A stretch of 64,000 nucleotides of DNA from Albugo candida (lineage: Eukaryota): contig JBDOQK010000036.1 of the NCBI GenBank assembly GCA_040437565.1, positions 62,001 to 126,000 on the forward strand, in the 5' to 3' direction. The notes below the pieces were generated by a model. That model was not told the origin of the DNA. It saw only the letters and a list, made by a program, of their open reading frames with translations, and ran no database searches. The translations under genes were made by a program, and so were the position numbers. Shown one piece after another: positions 13,422 through 27,474 of this stretch; the first letter of the stretch is position 1; each line of letters opens with the position of its first letter.

Positions 13422-16400
13422 TCACCTCAATTTCTCATTGCGTTGATCTTGCTCTAATTCTTCCATAACTTGTAAGAACGCTCCTGCTCGCTGCTCCCGA
13501 AGTCGCTTTACTCGGTTTGTGGCAAGCAGTCGGCGCACTGCAGACTGAATGCGCTTAGTTGACAGGTAGACCCGTAGACTTGCACCAAAGGAAGATAGCG
13601 ATTGTGACTGCTCAGTGTATAGAGAGATATGTCGTGGTGGAAGGATCGTATCCGAACGTTCCTTTGCTAGTTTTTCCATAACGTGATGTGCTGTTGCATA
13701 GAGAAACGCTGTGATCGAACTGCAGCCATGGCCATCCAGCTGTAAAGGCAGATTCATTGCCCACTTTATAATCTCATTATGACTAGAGCTCTTTGGCAAT
13801 CCAAGAGGTGGAGGAAGACGACACATCAGCTTGATTAATGAGTGATCATTTAACATTCCGGTATGCTGAGTATCATATTGCGTCCATAAAAGGACAGCAT
13901 GATCAAAGTCTTCTGTGGTGATCACAGCTGCATTCTTCTCATTTGTGACTTCAAATCCTTCCAAAATGACAGCGACAAAGAGATTGAGAAGTACGTACGT
14001 TGTCAGCAGCATGTACGAAACGAAATATATGTACGTGATAGAAATTCCAGGAGAGCATCCAATTGTGAGGTTTGGGTCTTTCGTATAATTTCGAGCTGCA
14101 TCGAGCATTTCAAAGGTGTAATCCTTCACACATGATTGACCGTAAGGAAAAGGGGCTTCTCCTTCCATCGGCTGAACCATCAGATCGTACATGACGTCAT
14201 TCCAAGCTTCTCCAGTAGTGAAGCGAAAAAGTGTCACCATCGCCATCCGTATGCTTTTAAAGTTGGCGTGTTCATCGAGCGTTTTACCTAGCATCACGCC
14301 AGCATACAGCTGTACACCCAAGACACCATACACAAACATGATCAGGAACATCAATGTGGAGACGTTGATCAAGGCAGGCATATTATCCAGTATCGTAGTG
14401 ACAATATCTTGCATGCTTCTGGCTCGTTTCATGAGACGTATCGCAAGACCCATCCGACATGCTCGAAGTGCATTTGCGATCGGGGCAACTCGATCGCCTA
14501 TGATCAGTAGGGGCAATGAGATTGCCATCGACCCGATACCAACAAGACAATCAAACCAGTTTGATGGATCTTTGAGATACGAATGTCCATACGCAACGAC
14601 TTTAATCAGTAATTCAAGGCAAAACACACCTGCAAAGACGACGTTGGTCAATTGAAGAATGTGCGCAATCCTCTTCGACTCGCCAAAATGAGTCATAGCG
14701 AGTATCAATGGATTCAAGACTATACAGAAGTTCAAGAANNNNNNNNNNNNNNNNNNNNNNNNNNNNNNNNNNNNNNNNNNNNNNNNNNNNNNNNNNNNNN
14801 NNNNNNNNNNNNNNNNNNNNNNNNNNNNNNNNNNNNNNTAGGGGCAATGAGATTGCCATCGACCCGATACCAACAAGACAATCAAACCAGTTTGATGGAT
14901 CTTTGAGATACGAATGTCCATACGCAACGACTTTAATCAGTAATTCAAGGCAAAACACACCTGCAAAGACGACGTTGGTCAATTGAAGAATGTGCGCAAT
15001 CCTCTTCGACTCGCCAAAATGAGTCATAGCGAGTATCAATGGATTCAAGACTATACAGAAGTTCAAGAAATTCTCCACCCACGGATGTCGAATGGCGCGA
15101 TAGCAAGCGCGACGAAGTACGCTCTTTGGTATTGTTTGGTTATTGTTCAAACGTATGCTACAGCGAGCAGATTAGACCGAGTAACAGCATGCACCAGTTC
15201 CTTACGCTTTGATTGATTCTTGTATTTGTACCCATTCCCGCTGCGAATCGTTAGTGTAAACGTCATCTGAAAGTGTCGCTCGCATACGATTGAAATTATC
15301 GATCACAGCACCGACAAACAAGTTGAGCGAGAAAAAGCTACCAATGATCACAAACACTGGAGAAATTACTTAGCGTTTTATTCCTGCTTTGAGATTGAGC
15401 TGAGCGTACCGATGAAGAACGGAATGTACGCTCGATTCCAATTCTGCACTGGATGGTACCCAATCTCGGTCGCATCCACTCCTTCATACATGATATCCAC
15501 CCAGCCTTCTGTGCTTGCAATCTCAAATAAGGTCATCACGGACTTGAGGATGTTATTGTAGTTTCTTCGCTTTGAGTACCAGCGACCACCATGATCCAAG
15601 CAGTCTTGATGAGAGAATAGCTTTTTAAACGATAACTTTGTAAAGCCGAATGTCGCTTCCAATTGAGCCATTTTCTCGCCTGAAAATGTGCTGAAATCAC
15701 AAGCAAATAATCTACCTTTGAAAAGATTGACGCAAATGATCCCAAAGCTGAAGAAAAGGAGAATGCAAACTATAAACACATTAAAAATGTACGGAATACT
15801 GGAAAGTAAGGCGTGTACTGCAAGTCGCATGCTCGGAAATCGACCGATGACGCGTAAAGGCCGAAGAGCGCGGAGTGCTCGAAGCGATCGAATGGATTGA
15901 ATGGTTTTGTCGCCAGAGAATAATGTCAAAAAAGATGCAATCAGTGTGCTCGAATCCAACACATTCCACGGATCGCGTAAATACGACTCAGGGCCGTTCC
16001 ATAAAACTCCTCGATCGATAATTTTGAAGATCATTTCAGCTGAAAACATCCATGTGAAAGCTTGATCAAAAGACATCAAGTATCTTGACAGCGAGCCTTG
16101 CGGATCATCCAGTGGATTGTCGACTGCCAGTAGGATGCTGCTGATGAAGATGAAAAATAGAAGAAGGTATTCCGTGTAGCGATGATGCATTATTGCAGAT
16201 ATATAACGCCGGAGAATATTCCTTCGCGAAAATATAAGGAGTGAGCGATTGCGAAAAATATGAGTGATCCTGCTCTCCTTCATGACACTTGGTGATGTTT
16301 CATGAGGTAATTGAGAGCCTCCTCGATAGGCAGCCTCTGCTGAAATTGGAGCTACTCGTCCTTGAGCGACGTTCTTCTTTCTTTTAGAATTATGAGAAGT

Positions 16401-19400
16401 GGTGTCATTGTGCTGAGATAATTCCGAGCTTCGTTTACGCACACGACGAGGTCGATGGCTTGGTGGAATCACATAGCTTCTCTTTTTGGCATCTCCAGTA
16501 AGACTTTTCTTCGCATATGGAGTGTCTATAGTCGCCTCTATTGAGGACGATTGAGGCAGCACAGCGGCTGTTTTCTGACGCGTTATCGCTTCTTTTGCCT
16601 GAGCAATGACTTCCTTACCCTTCACAATCGCTTGTCCTGTTTCTTGTTGAGTTTCTTCGATGCTAAAGTTATTCAAAAGGATTGCAAGGAAGAGATTTAA
16701 TATGATGATATTGCCGAAAATCATGACCGCCACAAAATACAAAGCAGCACCCCATCCAACAGCACGAATGCCGTCTGCCATTACCGCTGTCCAATTCTCT
16801 TCGGTCAAACATTGAAATACGGTCGTGAAGGCAGACAGAATATCATCAAAATTGGATCGACGAATTTTATATGGCCGTTCTGGGGTCCAAAAAGCATGCG
16901 GTGGTACGGTCGAATTGTATTTATGCGGCTCCCATGATACATAGTTCCCAGCATCATCGAATCGATACTTGTTGGAAAAAAATTGCATCCCAATTAAAGC
17001 AAATACGTACATGATCAACAAGAGAAGGAGCCCAAAACTCGCGACATCCGCAACACTGTCTGCAATCTACACATTGTCATGAGAAATATAATGCTCAGGT
17101 AGTAAACAATCTCCTCACCGTTTTGAGCAACTGTCTCAAAGATTTCCAGGTGCCAGCGAGCTTTAAAACTCGGAATAATCGAAGTGTCCTCAGGGCTGAG
17201 ATTCCTTTAGATTTGTGCGATATTCTGGTCTGATTTGTGATGAATTCAGTGACGCTGAAAATAACGATGACTCCGTCAAATAATGCGTAACCATCTTGCT
17301 TTACGCTTTTCCATCCGAATCCGATCAATTTCAGCGCGAATTCGATAAGAAATATGAATGTGAGAATCACATTTACTTTCTCTGTGAAGGCGTCCTGAAT
17401 TGGATTGACGGGATACTGATCCAACGATAGACAAATTGTGTTGAGTAGAATGCAAAATATGATCAATGCGGAAAACCATCGCGCCTGGGATGAACACAAG
17501 AATAAGAGTCTTTATAAAGAGAAGGAGATAAATTACGTCTATTTACATTGACAAGTGTTGCGCAAATTGCACGAAATCGATGCCAGATTGTAATCTTCCC
17601 TGGAGGACTGACCCATCGCTTTTGAAAGCTTTTTCGGAAACTTTGTGGTTTTTGAAGCGCGGAACCTTGATCCTGACCATTTTCCAAGGGGATGATGCGA
17701 GTTGTGTTGAAAAACCTAGACTGTACGAGCGTGAACGTAACTCTTGCACTGCTTATTGGCTGCTTCGCCAGAAGTATCGCATCCCAAGTCCCCGCATTTC
17801 CATCATTGGAAGCTGTGAAGTGCTCCCAAATCACCGCAAACACAAACTGTAGCAGAAAAAATGCTCCAACAATTGTATACACGATAAAGTAAAAGGTGGA
17901 AAAGTACCAATTGGATGCATCCTGAAACTAGGCGCAGTCTTCATATCAGCTCACCAGTACAACAAAACTAATCAGCAGCGTACATGATACATGACGTTCG
18001 TCCAACCTTCCAGCGTGATACATTGGAATAAAGTAAGTAGCGCATACCCAATATGATCAAAGTTCATAAGCGCGTGATCCCATACTTCGTCAGGTGGTAA
18101 AAGGTTGAGGTTGACGGTGGTTCCTTCTGGTGGGTTGTAAACAGATCCACAATACTGATCACTTGGACACTTGTAATTGCCTCCACAAACATGTCCATCG
18201 TCTGCAAGTGCCCAAATTCCGTCGACTGGAGTCGGTGTTTCTCTACAGCGATAATAAAGCGCTCCATTCCAAATTGAGACGCCCAAAACTCCAAAAATGG
18301 CAAATACAAAAAAAAGAACGATCATAACATTGATGAGGGCTGGAATCGCTGAAATCAGTGCGTACACCAAATTGCGCATTCCACGCAAATTGGTGAGAGT
18401 GCGTAAAGGACGCAAAAGACGGCATGTTCTAAGAACTAGTAGCTTTGGTACACTAGGGATATCTCCAATTAAACCGGCAATCACAACAAAACAATCCAAA
18501 ATATTCCAAGCGCTTCGTAGGTATGCCCCATGGCCAAAGAAAAACCCCATAGCTACTATCTTAAGAACGCATTCGACTGTGAAGATGATGGTGAAGATTA
18601 GTTCGCAGCGTTCCACAAAAGCATTTCTACTATTGAGCTTGGTGAATCCTTGCGAATCGATGATTTCACCGGGATCCGCATGGTCACGAACACCCAAAAT
18701 GATGGAGCTAAAGAGTATGCATCCGAGGATAAACCGATCAAACCACTTCCATTCGATGAACCAAACCAAAGCATACCGATATCGATTCTGTACAGTTAAT
18801 ATAAAAAGAGACGTTGTAGCGAATCTTCGTTTATGACCATGTACGTCATAATTGAATTCTTTCAATCCTAGCTCGGTCACCCCCGTTTGAAACTCAAGAT
18901 ACGAAATTCGACCGCTGTGATTACAGTCGACTCTGGCAAAGATTTTCTCCAACGCTGCATCCAACTGATTATTACACCGCTCTAATTCCAGCTGGAATAT
19001 CCGTATCAGCTTGAGCTCGATCAAATCAAAGCTGAATGAAGTTGTGCTGATTTCTTTGTACTGTTGAAGCAGATCGCACGAGTAGAGGCAGAAATCATTA
19101 AAGTCGATAAATCCATCACGATCGGTGTCAAAGGCGTCCCACAAACCTCTTGTACAGGCATCTTGTTCAGTTTCAAAGCTCGGAATTACCGATGTAATTC
19201 GTTTTTTGACTTCTACAACGAATGCTGCAGAGCCTCGACGCAACAACTGCATACTTGAGACTTCTGTGTCATGTTTTTGTGAAATCTGTCTCGTGGTCTC
19301 AGGTCGAGCAGCAGGGTCTACCGAATTGCAATCGGTCGAGAAATTTGTGCCTTGACTCAACGTATTCGGAAGACCATTGCTCAAGTGCGTAGTATCGCTT

Positions 19401-19567
19401 TTCACGGCTGCAGCTTGAGCGGGATTCGAATCTACACTTATCCGATTCTCATTCTCCGCTCGTCGACTAGGCAGATGATGTACTGTAGGACCTTGAGTCC
19501 CAGCGAAAGGTGACCCGCTTTGAGGAATCGCTGCAGAAATAAGTCTTAATGGTTCTGTAGCATTCAT
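13422..19567 (-). CDS. Four-domain voltage-gated calcium channel alpha-1-like subunit with N-terminal EF-hands, multi-exon
   Basis: Four S4 sensors (LRTCRLLRPLR, LRTLRLFRVLK, LRALRALRPLR, LRACRMGLAIRLMKR). Pore loops TLEGW, TEENW, STEGW and TGEAW give an EEEE filter. C-terminal IQ-like RIQSAVRR. 231 bp is duplicated across gap 14739-14838. Confidence 0.95.
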
Positions 19568-19879
19568 TTAACATCACGGATGTGTAGGGTACCCTTCGTG
19601 CACCGCAACCTATAACAGCGCGTGCTCAATTAAATGACGCACGGGGTGGGAAATCCTAAAATAGCTAAAAAACTCACTTTCTGCCATGGGTCTTGGATAT
19701 CTTTTCTCGCAGCTTTCTACTAAAAGTATCATTTGATGATGTCTTGCAACCCATTCATTGCCAAATTGAAGTTATCCTTACACTCTATTAAGTGAGTCAA
19801 TTAATTCATGGACCAAGTCTTGAGACTAAAAGTGGTTGAATATTGCCATGAATAGTATCAACACTCAAGCAATCACAAT

Positions 19880-21121
19880 TCAGAGATCATAACTCGCGAA
19901 CTCTTCAACCCCAAAGGCGTCATTACTCAATGGAAGATCGATACGATCGATGCTTTGCGACTCGCAAATATCGGATGCGACTGGGATCAAAGAATCGATA
20001 TGCATATCGTTCGTCATTCTGATAATATCGTCCTCTTCATCTTCGATAAGCACATTATTGCACGTCAAGAGATCTTGTAGTTCTTCTTCGTCACTGATTT
20101 CATCTTTGTCTATCAATATATTGCGGCTTTCACGCTCCATAATATCAGCATAGCATCTCGCCAACAAATGTGCGGCAGATTGACAGGTTTCTGTAAAGTA
20201 TTTTGGATTATAGCTCGGGCGTCTCTCAATATCAATTTCTGATGATCGTGTGCCTAGTGTCATTATTGGTGAGAACGGCGCTGTGCAGTTGCTTGTAGCA
20301 TCAGCAGTGTTTAATTTCCCCTTTGAACATTTCGCTGTGCCGGGTGAGCGGATGCCCTCATACATTCCCTTTTCTCGGTTGACACATTGCACGGACTTCG
20401 AATTCATGATTGAAGTAACGCTTTTCTTATACAAGAGATCAGGTGAGTCCGAAGCAACCATGTGCATCAATATTCGAATCTGGCCGACGTGATGCTCACT
20501 ACTCAGCAAGTCAAACCATTGGTCCGTGACGCCATTTACGCTCTCCAATGTGATCGGTACCAAGCACGAGCCTACTGTTTGTAAACCGAAGAGTGTACAT
20601 GACTTGAGCCGCACACAAATACATTTCGGACAGGCATCCGATACCAAGAATTGGAATCTTTCTTTCCACGAAATACACCCCTTCTGATTTTGCTGAACAC
20701 TTGTTCTCCAGCAGTGCGTTGATGATTTTGCAATTACTTTTTCTTTTAATAATAGTTTCCTGACCACATGATTCGGTGCCGATAAAAATCGGTCTGACGC
20801 GGTGAGAGCATTGGTGTCTCTCAGCGCTAGCGTAGAACGATATCCATGCTTTCCGGACAGCTTTTCTGCGACTACATGGGCGGAATGAATGGATATATGT
20901 AAAGTATATGAGCTTCCCTTGGATTCTGGGCGAAGGTGACTTTGTTTCGAATTTTGATACTTTAGTCGCTGTGAAGGAGGCGCTGAATTGCGATTTTTAC
21001 TGGTAGCTAAAGTTTTCGCCCGTCGAAATGGAAGCATTTTGTGACGAATACCCGCAAGAAACGAAGGTGGTGACGAACGGCATCCTTTGTCAAGAAGAAT
21101 GTCGCTCACGACATGACTCAT
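19880..21121 (-). CDS. Hypothetical 413 aa protein with a probable divergent C2 domain
   Basis: Long intact ORF. LHISIHSA...ISWKERFQF...TVGSCLVPI...DQWFDL...VGQIRI resembles a C2 beta-sandwich. Confidence 0.6.
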   Translation of the reverse strand: MSHVVSDILLDKGCRSSPPSFLAGIRHKMLPFRRAKTLATSKNRNSAPPSQRLKYQNSKQSHLRPESKGSSYTLHISIHSAHVVAEKLSGKHGYRSTLALRDTNALTASDRFLSAPNHVVRKLLLKEKVIAKSSTHCWRTSVQQNQKGCISWKERFQFLVSDACPKCICVRLKSCTLFGLQTVGSCLVPITLESVNGVTDQWFDLLSSEHHVGQIRILMHMVASDSPDLLYKKSVTSIMNSKSVQCVNREKGMYEGIRSPGTAKCSKGKLNTADATSNCTAPFSPIMTLGTRSSEIDIERRPSYNPKYFTETCQSAAHLLARCYADIMERESRNILIDKDEISDEEELQDLLTCNNVLIEDEEDDIIRMTNDMHIDSLIPVASDICESQSIDRIDLPLSNDAFGVEEFASYDL

Positions 21122-22292
21122 GACTTTTTGCCTGCCAATTCAATACTGGCATGTATCTACAAAAGATGACCAACGCTTTGTGCATTCTACGACTGCAAAG
21201 AACACGCTACTGTCTTTTTATTTTCATTCCGAATCTCACAGTCAAAGCATCTTCCGTAGTCACTGACGCATGGCGAAAAATCAGCTTCGATGACGCTTGT
21301 GTCTAATGGTCTCTACCGACTTCGAAGAACTAGTAGGTAGCCAATGCGCTTTTTAGGACAGTTCATCTCTGGCTATTCTTTATTGATTTGGTATCGAGTC
21401 TAACAGCTTGTCAGCTCCAAATTTTTGACGCGAGCGGATGAGTATACTATAGTTGACTGAATACAGTCACCGACGGATGATTGTACAGCTTTCGATTGTT
21501 TGAGAGGGTACGCAATGTGTTTAATTCGTCGTACATTACACGCTCATCCAAGGCTGTTGCTTGTTCGACTTTGTTATTGACATTGCCTCAGATGCAGTTT
21601 CTCCTCTATCGGTCAATCGCAGATTGATTGACGCACACAAAAATTGCTCAAAATCGTTTGTATCCATTATACCGACTTGATCCGTACTGTCTTTGGCCAG
21701 ACTATCGCGCCATTGATACAGTGAGAAGGGTGTGCACATGTTTGCGGTCCGGATTGAGTCAGTACCGCTATCATGACTCAGAATGTCTTCCAGTGTGCAA
21801 TCGTTTGGTATCGACAGTACATATCGAGCCANNNNNNNNNNNNNNNNNNNNNNNNNNNNNNNNNNNNNNNNNNNNNNNNNNNNNNNNNNNNNNNNNNNNN
21901 NNNNNNNNNNNNNNNNNNNNNNNNNNNNNNNGCTTTGTGCATTCTACGACTGCAAAGAACACGCTACTGTCTTTTTATTTTCATTCCGAATCTCACAGTC
22001 AAAGCATCTTCCGTAGTCACTGACGCATGGCGAAAAATCAGCTTCGATGACGCTTGTGTCTAATGGTCTCTACCGACTTCGAAGAACTAGTAGGTAGCCA
22101 ATGCGCTTTTTAGGACAGTTCATCTCTGGCTATTCTTTATTGATTTGGTATCGAGTCTAACAGCTTGTCAGCTCCAAATTTTTGACGCGAGCGGATGAGT
22201 ATACTATAGTTGACTGAATACAGTCACCGACGGATGATTGTACAGCTTTCGATTGTTTGAGAGGGTACGCAATGTGTTTAATTCGTCGTACA

Positions 22293-25200
22293 TTACACGC
22301 TCATCCAAGGCTGTTGCTTGTTCGACTTTGTTATTGACATTGCCTCAGATGCAGTTTCTCCTCTATCGGTCAATCGCAGATTGATTGACGCACACAAAAA
22401 TTGCTCAAAATCGTTTGTATCCATTATACCGACTTGATCCGTACTGTCTTTGGCCAGACTATCGCGCCATTGATACAGTGAGAAGGGTGTGCACATGTTT
22501 GCGGTCCGGATTGAGTCAGTACCGCTATCATGACTCAGAATGTCTTCCAGTGTGCAATCGTTTGGTATCGACAGTACATATCGAGCCAGTGTTGCAAGAA
22601 GTGGATATTCTACTCTCATTTGGGCCCACATTGCGAGCGGGTTTTCTTTCAATGAGAGATAGTTTTCTTCCTTGTAGTATGAGATTTCTACTTCCAGGAG
22701 ATTGTTGGACTTGGCGACTTCAATCGAGGAAGGATGTTGGCCATTGGTGTTTTTGGAGGCACCAGTTCCGAGCGTCCCGTCTTCGTGAGTAGTAAGAGTT
22801 GCCTGTAATGCATCATCCCACATGCCATCCATCAAGGACTTCAGCGAGTCTGGATCTCGGTCTTCCATTCCTGACGCACTTGGAATCCCTCTATTTAATT
22901 TTGCCTTCTTTTGATGTGAGTCTTGGTCTTGTGAGATGTCCTCACCTTCACTGCAATGAGTGTCGGTGATTGTCATAAGCATATCCCCTTCACTCGTCTT
23001 TGCTTTGAGAGCGAGCACAAGATCTGTCGCTTGAGTCTTAACCAAGTCCCAAAATTCATGAGCTGGAATTGGTCCTTTCACAATGAACGGTCGAGTACGA
23101 GGATCTAAAAGGGTCGCAACCCAAAACAAATCAAAGGAATGTCGCCTCATGCTGCTCCAGTCAACGGATGGTACTTTGAAGAAAAAGCCAAACATATTGC
23201 GAAGATTTTGGTTGAGCAGGTCTTTGAACGCTGCAATTTCTGAAAGAAGATCTTTATCCGGAAATGTTCTGTGGAATGACTCATCAGCCACCCATTTGAC
23301 GCTATCGAGCTTTAGACTCTCCACCTTCTCGATAATAGTGTATATGGTCGGGATCAATAGTGAGGAAACAACAAATTTTTCTGCCTTCATTTTCATCACT
23401 GAATCATGGAACGGCTTCAATATAGAGTGCAAGTAAAAGGTGGATGACCAGTCCTTTTCTGAAAAAAACCAATCCATGACATCATTCTCAACTTCAGAAA
23501 CTTTAAAAATATTCTCGAGGGCTTTCTCCGAATTCATAATCCTTGGCGCAAGTCTAGTGAGAATGACAACTATTTGCGGTAGATTTTCCACTGTAGGTGC
23601 TACCATACTGATTTTGTGACTCAAGATGTGTTCCACCTCAGCAGAAGCTTCGTTTCTCAAGTAATTTCGAGCTTCAGCACAACATTGGATTTGCTCAAAC
23701 AAGTAGAAAAGCTTTTTTACAAGCTTTGTAAGCTTCGCTTTTGATGTACCTGCAGATCCAAGATCACAAACCTGGTCACGCTTCTGACTAGCACTGTGTT
23801 GACACTCAGCATTGAAAAAGGGCACAGGAAACAATGGGTTGCCATCAAAACTTCTTTCATTTTGTTCCTCCTCATACGTGACTCCATTCAGACTCATGAT
23901 AACGGTATTCTGGAGGGCTGAAGTTATCGTTGAGACAAGTGTCACGTGCTGGTTTTTGCACAAAATTTTGGCAACCTCAGATTGAGCTTGCACGTTTTTG
24001 AATAATAATTGCGGACATGTACCATCGCTTGCCAAATTTATGTGATCAACTGCTGTGATCATTTCAGACACGACGTGCTCAGTATCGTGACCGTTTTCAT
24101 CCATTATGTTGCCTTCTCGGATGCTATGTAACTGCGTCACACGTAAACACCGACGGAAGAGATTGAAACTTTGATCCAACCCAGTTGCAAACAATGCAAG
24201 AAAAGAGTCGTTAGAGTGACTGGGGGTGTTCGTCTCTGAATAGTTTGCAAAAGTGCATTCTGTGAGGACCAAATGAAGTATTTTGTTCAGCTGAGAATCG
24301 ATCATTGCTTGATCGTTGATCTTTCTTGAGAGTTCAGCAATATTTTCGTAGAAGTTTTGTTGTAAGGCTGTTATATATCTACTATTTCGATCATCTATCG
24401 TGCTGTATATTTCATCGGTGCAGGTGATTTGTGGTGCCATACATTCCACAAGCATGTCACGAAATGAAGAGCCACGTAAAACATTCAATGGTACCCTTTC
24501 ATGCAAACAAAATCTACCCACTGCCTCACGTATTTTTCCAAGTTGGTTTAAGTGAGCATGTGAGTGCAATGATATAGAATCTGCTGTGTTCGGTAATCGA
24601 TTCATATGAGTCAAATCCTTCAGGATAGTATTTGGATCGGCAGATACCAGAGTTGCGGCGTAATCGTGATACAAACTTCTCAGCCGTAGATCATGCTCAT
24701 GACCTTTTACCCTTCTAGTGCTACTTCCGTTGGCCAGGTCAGCGTCGACCAAACCAGAAGTGTCACCATTTGCATCATTGTCCAAATCAAAGACATGAAG
24801 GTCATTTCTACTTTCCGTTTTCCTCTTTTTTCGACTTCGTTTAGCATTTACGATCCGGTGCATTTGAATGGTTTTCTTTTCCCTTGCATGTTTCGCATAG
24901 ACTTCAGGGTGATTCTCCTTCAAATGACGCCAAAGATTGGAGGTNNNNNNNNNNNNNNNNNNNNNNNNNNNNNNNNNNNNNNNNNNNNNNNNNNNNNNNN
25001 NNNNNNNNNNNNNNNNNNNNNNNNNNNNNNNNNNNNNNNNNNNNCTCACCTTCACTGCAATGAGTGTCGGTGATTGTCATAAGCATATCCCCTTCACTCG
25101 TCTTTGCTTTGAGAGCGAGCACAAGATCTGTCGCTTGAGTCTTAACCAAGTCCCAAAATTCATGAGCTGGAATTGGTCCTTTCACAATGAACGGTCGAGT

Positions 25201-27474
25201 ACGAGGATCTAAAAGGGTCGCAACCCAAAACAAATCAAAGGAATGTCGCCTCATGCTGCTCCAGTCAACGGATGGTACTTTGAAGAAAAAGCCAAACATA
25301 TTGCGAAGATTTTGGTTGAGCAGGTCTTTGAACGCTGCAATTTCTGAAAGAAGATCTTTATCCGGAAATGTTCTGTGGAATGACTCATCAGCCACCCATT
25401 TGACGCTATCGAGCTTTAGACTCTCCACCTTCTCGATAATAGTGTATATGGTCGGGATCAATAGTGAGGAAACAACAAATTTTTCTGCCTTCATTTTCAT
25501 CACTGAATCATGGAACGGCTTCAATATAGAGTGCAAGTAAAAGGTGGATGACCAGTCCTTTTCTGAAAAAAACCAATCCATGACATCATTCTCAACTTCA
25601 GAAACTTTAAAAATATTCTCGAGGGCTTTCTCCGAATTCATAATCCTTGGCGCAAGTCTAGTGAGAATGACAACTATTTGCGGTAGATTTTCCACTGTAG
25701 GTGCTACCATACTGATTTTGTGACTCAAGATGTGTTCCACCTCAGCAGAAGCTTCGTTTCTCAAGTAATTTCGAGCTTCAGCACAACATTGGATTTGCTC
25801 AAACAAGTAGAAAAGCTTTTTTACAAGCTTTGTAAGCTTCGCTTTTGATGTACCTGCAGATCCAAGATCACAAACCTGGTCACGCTTCTGACTAGCACTG
25901 TGTTGACACTCAGCATTGAAAAAGGGCACAGGAAACAATGGGTTGCCATCAAAACTTCTTTCATTTTGTTCCTCCTCATACGTGACTCCATTCAGACTCA
26001 TGATAACGGTATTCTGGAGGGCTGAAGTTATCGTTGAGACAAGTGTCACGTGCTGGTTTTTGCACAAAATTTTGGCAACCTCAGATTGAGCTTGCACGTT
26101 TTTGAATAATAATTGCGGACATGTACCATCGCTTGCCAAATTTATGTGATCAACTGCTGTGATCATTTCAGACACGACGTGCTCAGTATCGTGACCGTTT
26201 TCATCCATTATGTTGCCTTCTCGGATGCTATGTAACTGCGTCACACGTAAACACCGACGGAAGAGATTGAAACTTTGATCCAACCCAGTTGCAAACAATG
26301 CAAGAAAAGAGTCGTTAGAGTGACTGGGGGTGTTCGTCTCTGAATAGTTTGCAAAAGTGCATTCTGTGAGGACCAAATGAAGTATTTTGTTCAGCTGAGA
26401 ATCGATCATTGCTTGATCGTTGATCTTTCTTGAGAGTTCAGCAATATTTTCGTAGAAGTTTTGTTGTAAGGCTGTTATATATCTACTATTTCGATCATCT
26501 ATCGTGCTGTATATTTCATCGGTGCAGGTGATTTGTGGTGCCATACATTCCACAAGCATGTCACGAAATGAAGAGCCACGTAAAACATTCAATGGTACCC
26601 TTTCATGCAAACAAAATCTACCCACTGCCTCACGTATTTTTCCAAGTTGGTTTAAGTGAGCATGTGAGTGCAATGATATAGAATCTGCTGTGTTCGGTAA
26701 TCGATTCATATGAGTCAAATCCTTCAGGATAGTATTTGGATCGGCAGATACCAGAGTTGCGGCGTAATCGTGATACAAACTTCTCAGCCGTAGATCATGC
26801 TCATGACCTTTTACCCTTCTAGTGCTACTTCCGTTGGCCAGGTCAGCGTCGACCAAACCAGAAGTGTCACCATTTGCATCATTGTCCAAATCAAAGACAT
26901 GAAGGTCATTTCTACTTTCCGTTTTCCTCTTTTTTCGACTTCGTTTAGCATTTACGATCCGGTGCATTTGAATGGTTTTCTTTTCCCTTGCATGTTTCGC
27001 ATAGACTTCAGGGTGATTCTCCTTCAAATGACGCCAAAGATTGGAGGTAACGCTTTTACTGAACCTAACCACTGATTTACGCAGCAGTTTACCTTGCTGC
27101 TTGCATAGCTTACAATGTGCAGTATGGGATTCCTCTCTTCGTTTTGTATGAAAATCACTGTCGATTTCGTACCACTTGTATACAGCAGAAACAGTTCCAT
27201 TACTTCCATTATTATTGCTATCTGCGGAATAATTTTCATCCTTTTCTTCGGTCATGTGTAAGGAATGCACGTCATTTGATGTCACAGCGGATAATACTGA
27301 GCGGGGAGCAAGTTGTGCACCTTCAGACAAATCGCGATCAGGCGGATACGACGAAGTGCTGTTGTCATAGAAATTTTCTGGTGGTCCGGGCGTACCTGAG
27401 GCGAAACATAGATCTTCATTTGACTCGATTGAATTTGGCGCGGTTGAAGTTGTCCGATGAGTTGAGATGTCCAT
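22293..27474 (-). CDS. BED zinc-finger / hAT-transposase-derived protein (single ~1025 aa ORF once the 2004 bp gap overlap is collapsed)
   Basis: BED finger (VYKWY...AHCKLC...TSNLWRHLKENHP), ATLLDPR, and the hAT C-terminal dimerisation region NPLAMW...YPLLATLARYVLSIP. 22941-24944 repeats as 25045-27048. Confidence 0.85.

Noticed and set aside
8431-19355. Numerous 60-180 aa ORFs antisense to the UBL, Ran and channel genes
   Set aside because: Shadow ORFs of real coding exons with no independent motifs.
21175-27048. Tandem array of hAT/BED genes
   Set aside because: The copies look identical, abut 100-N gaps, and collapse into one in-frame ORF.
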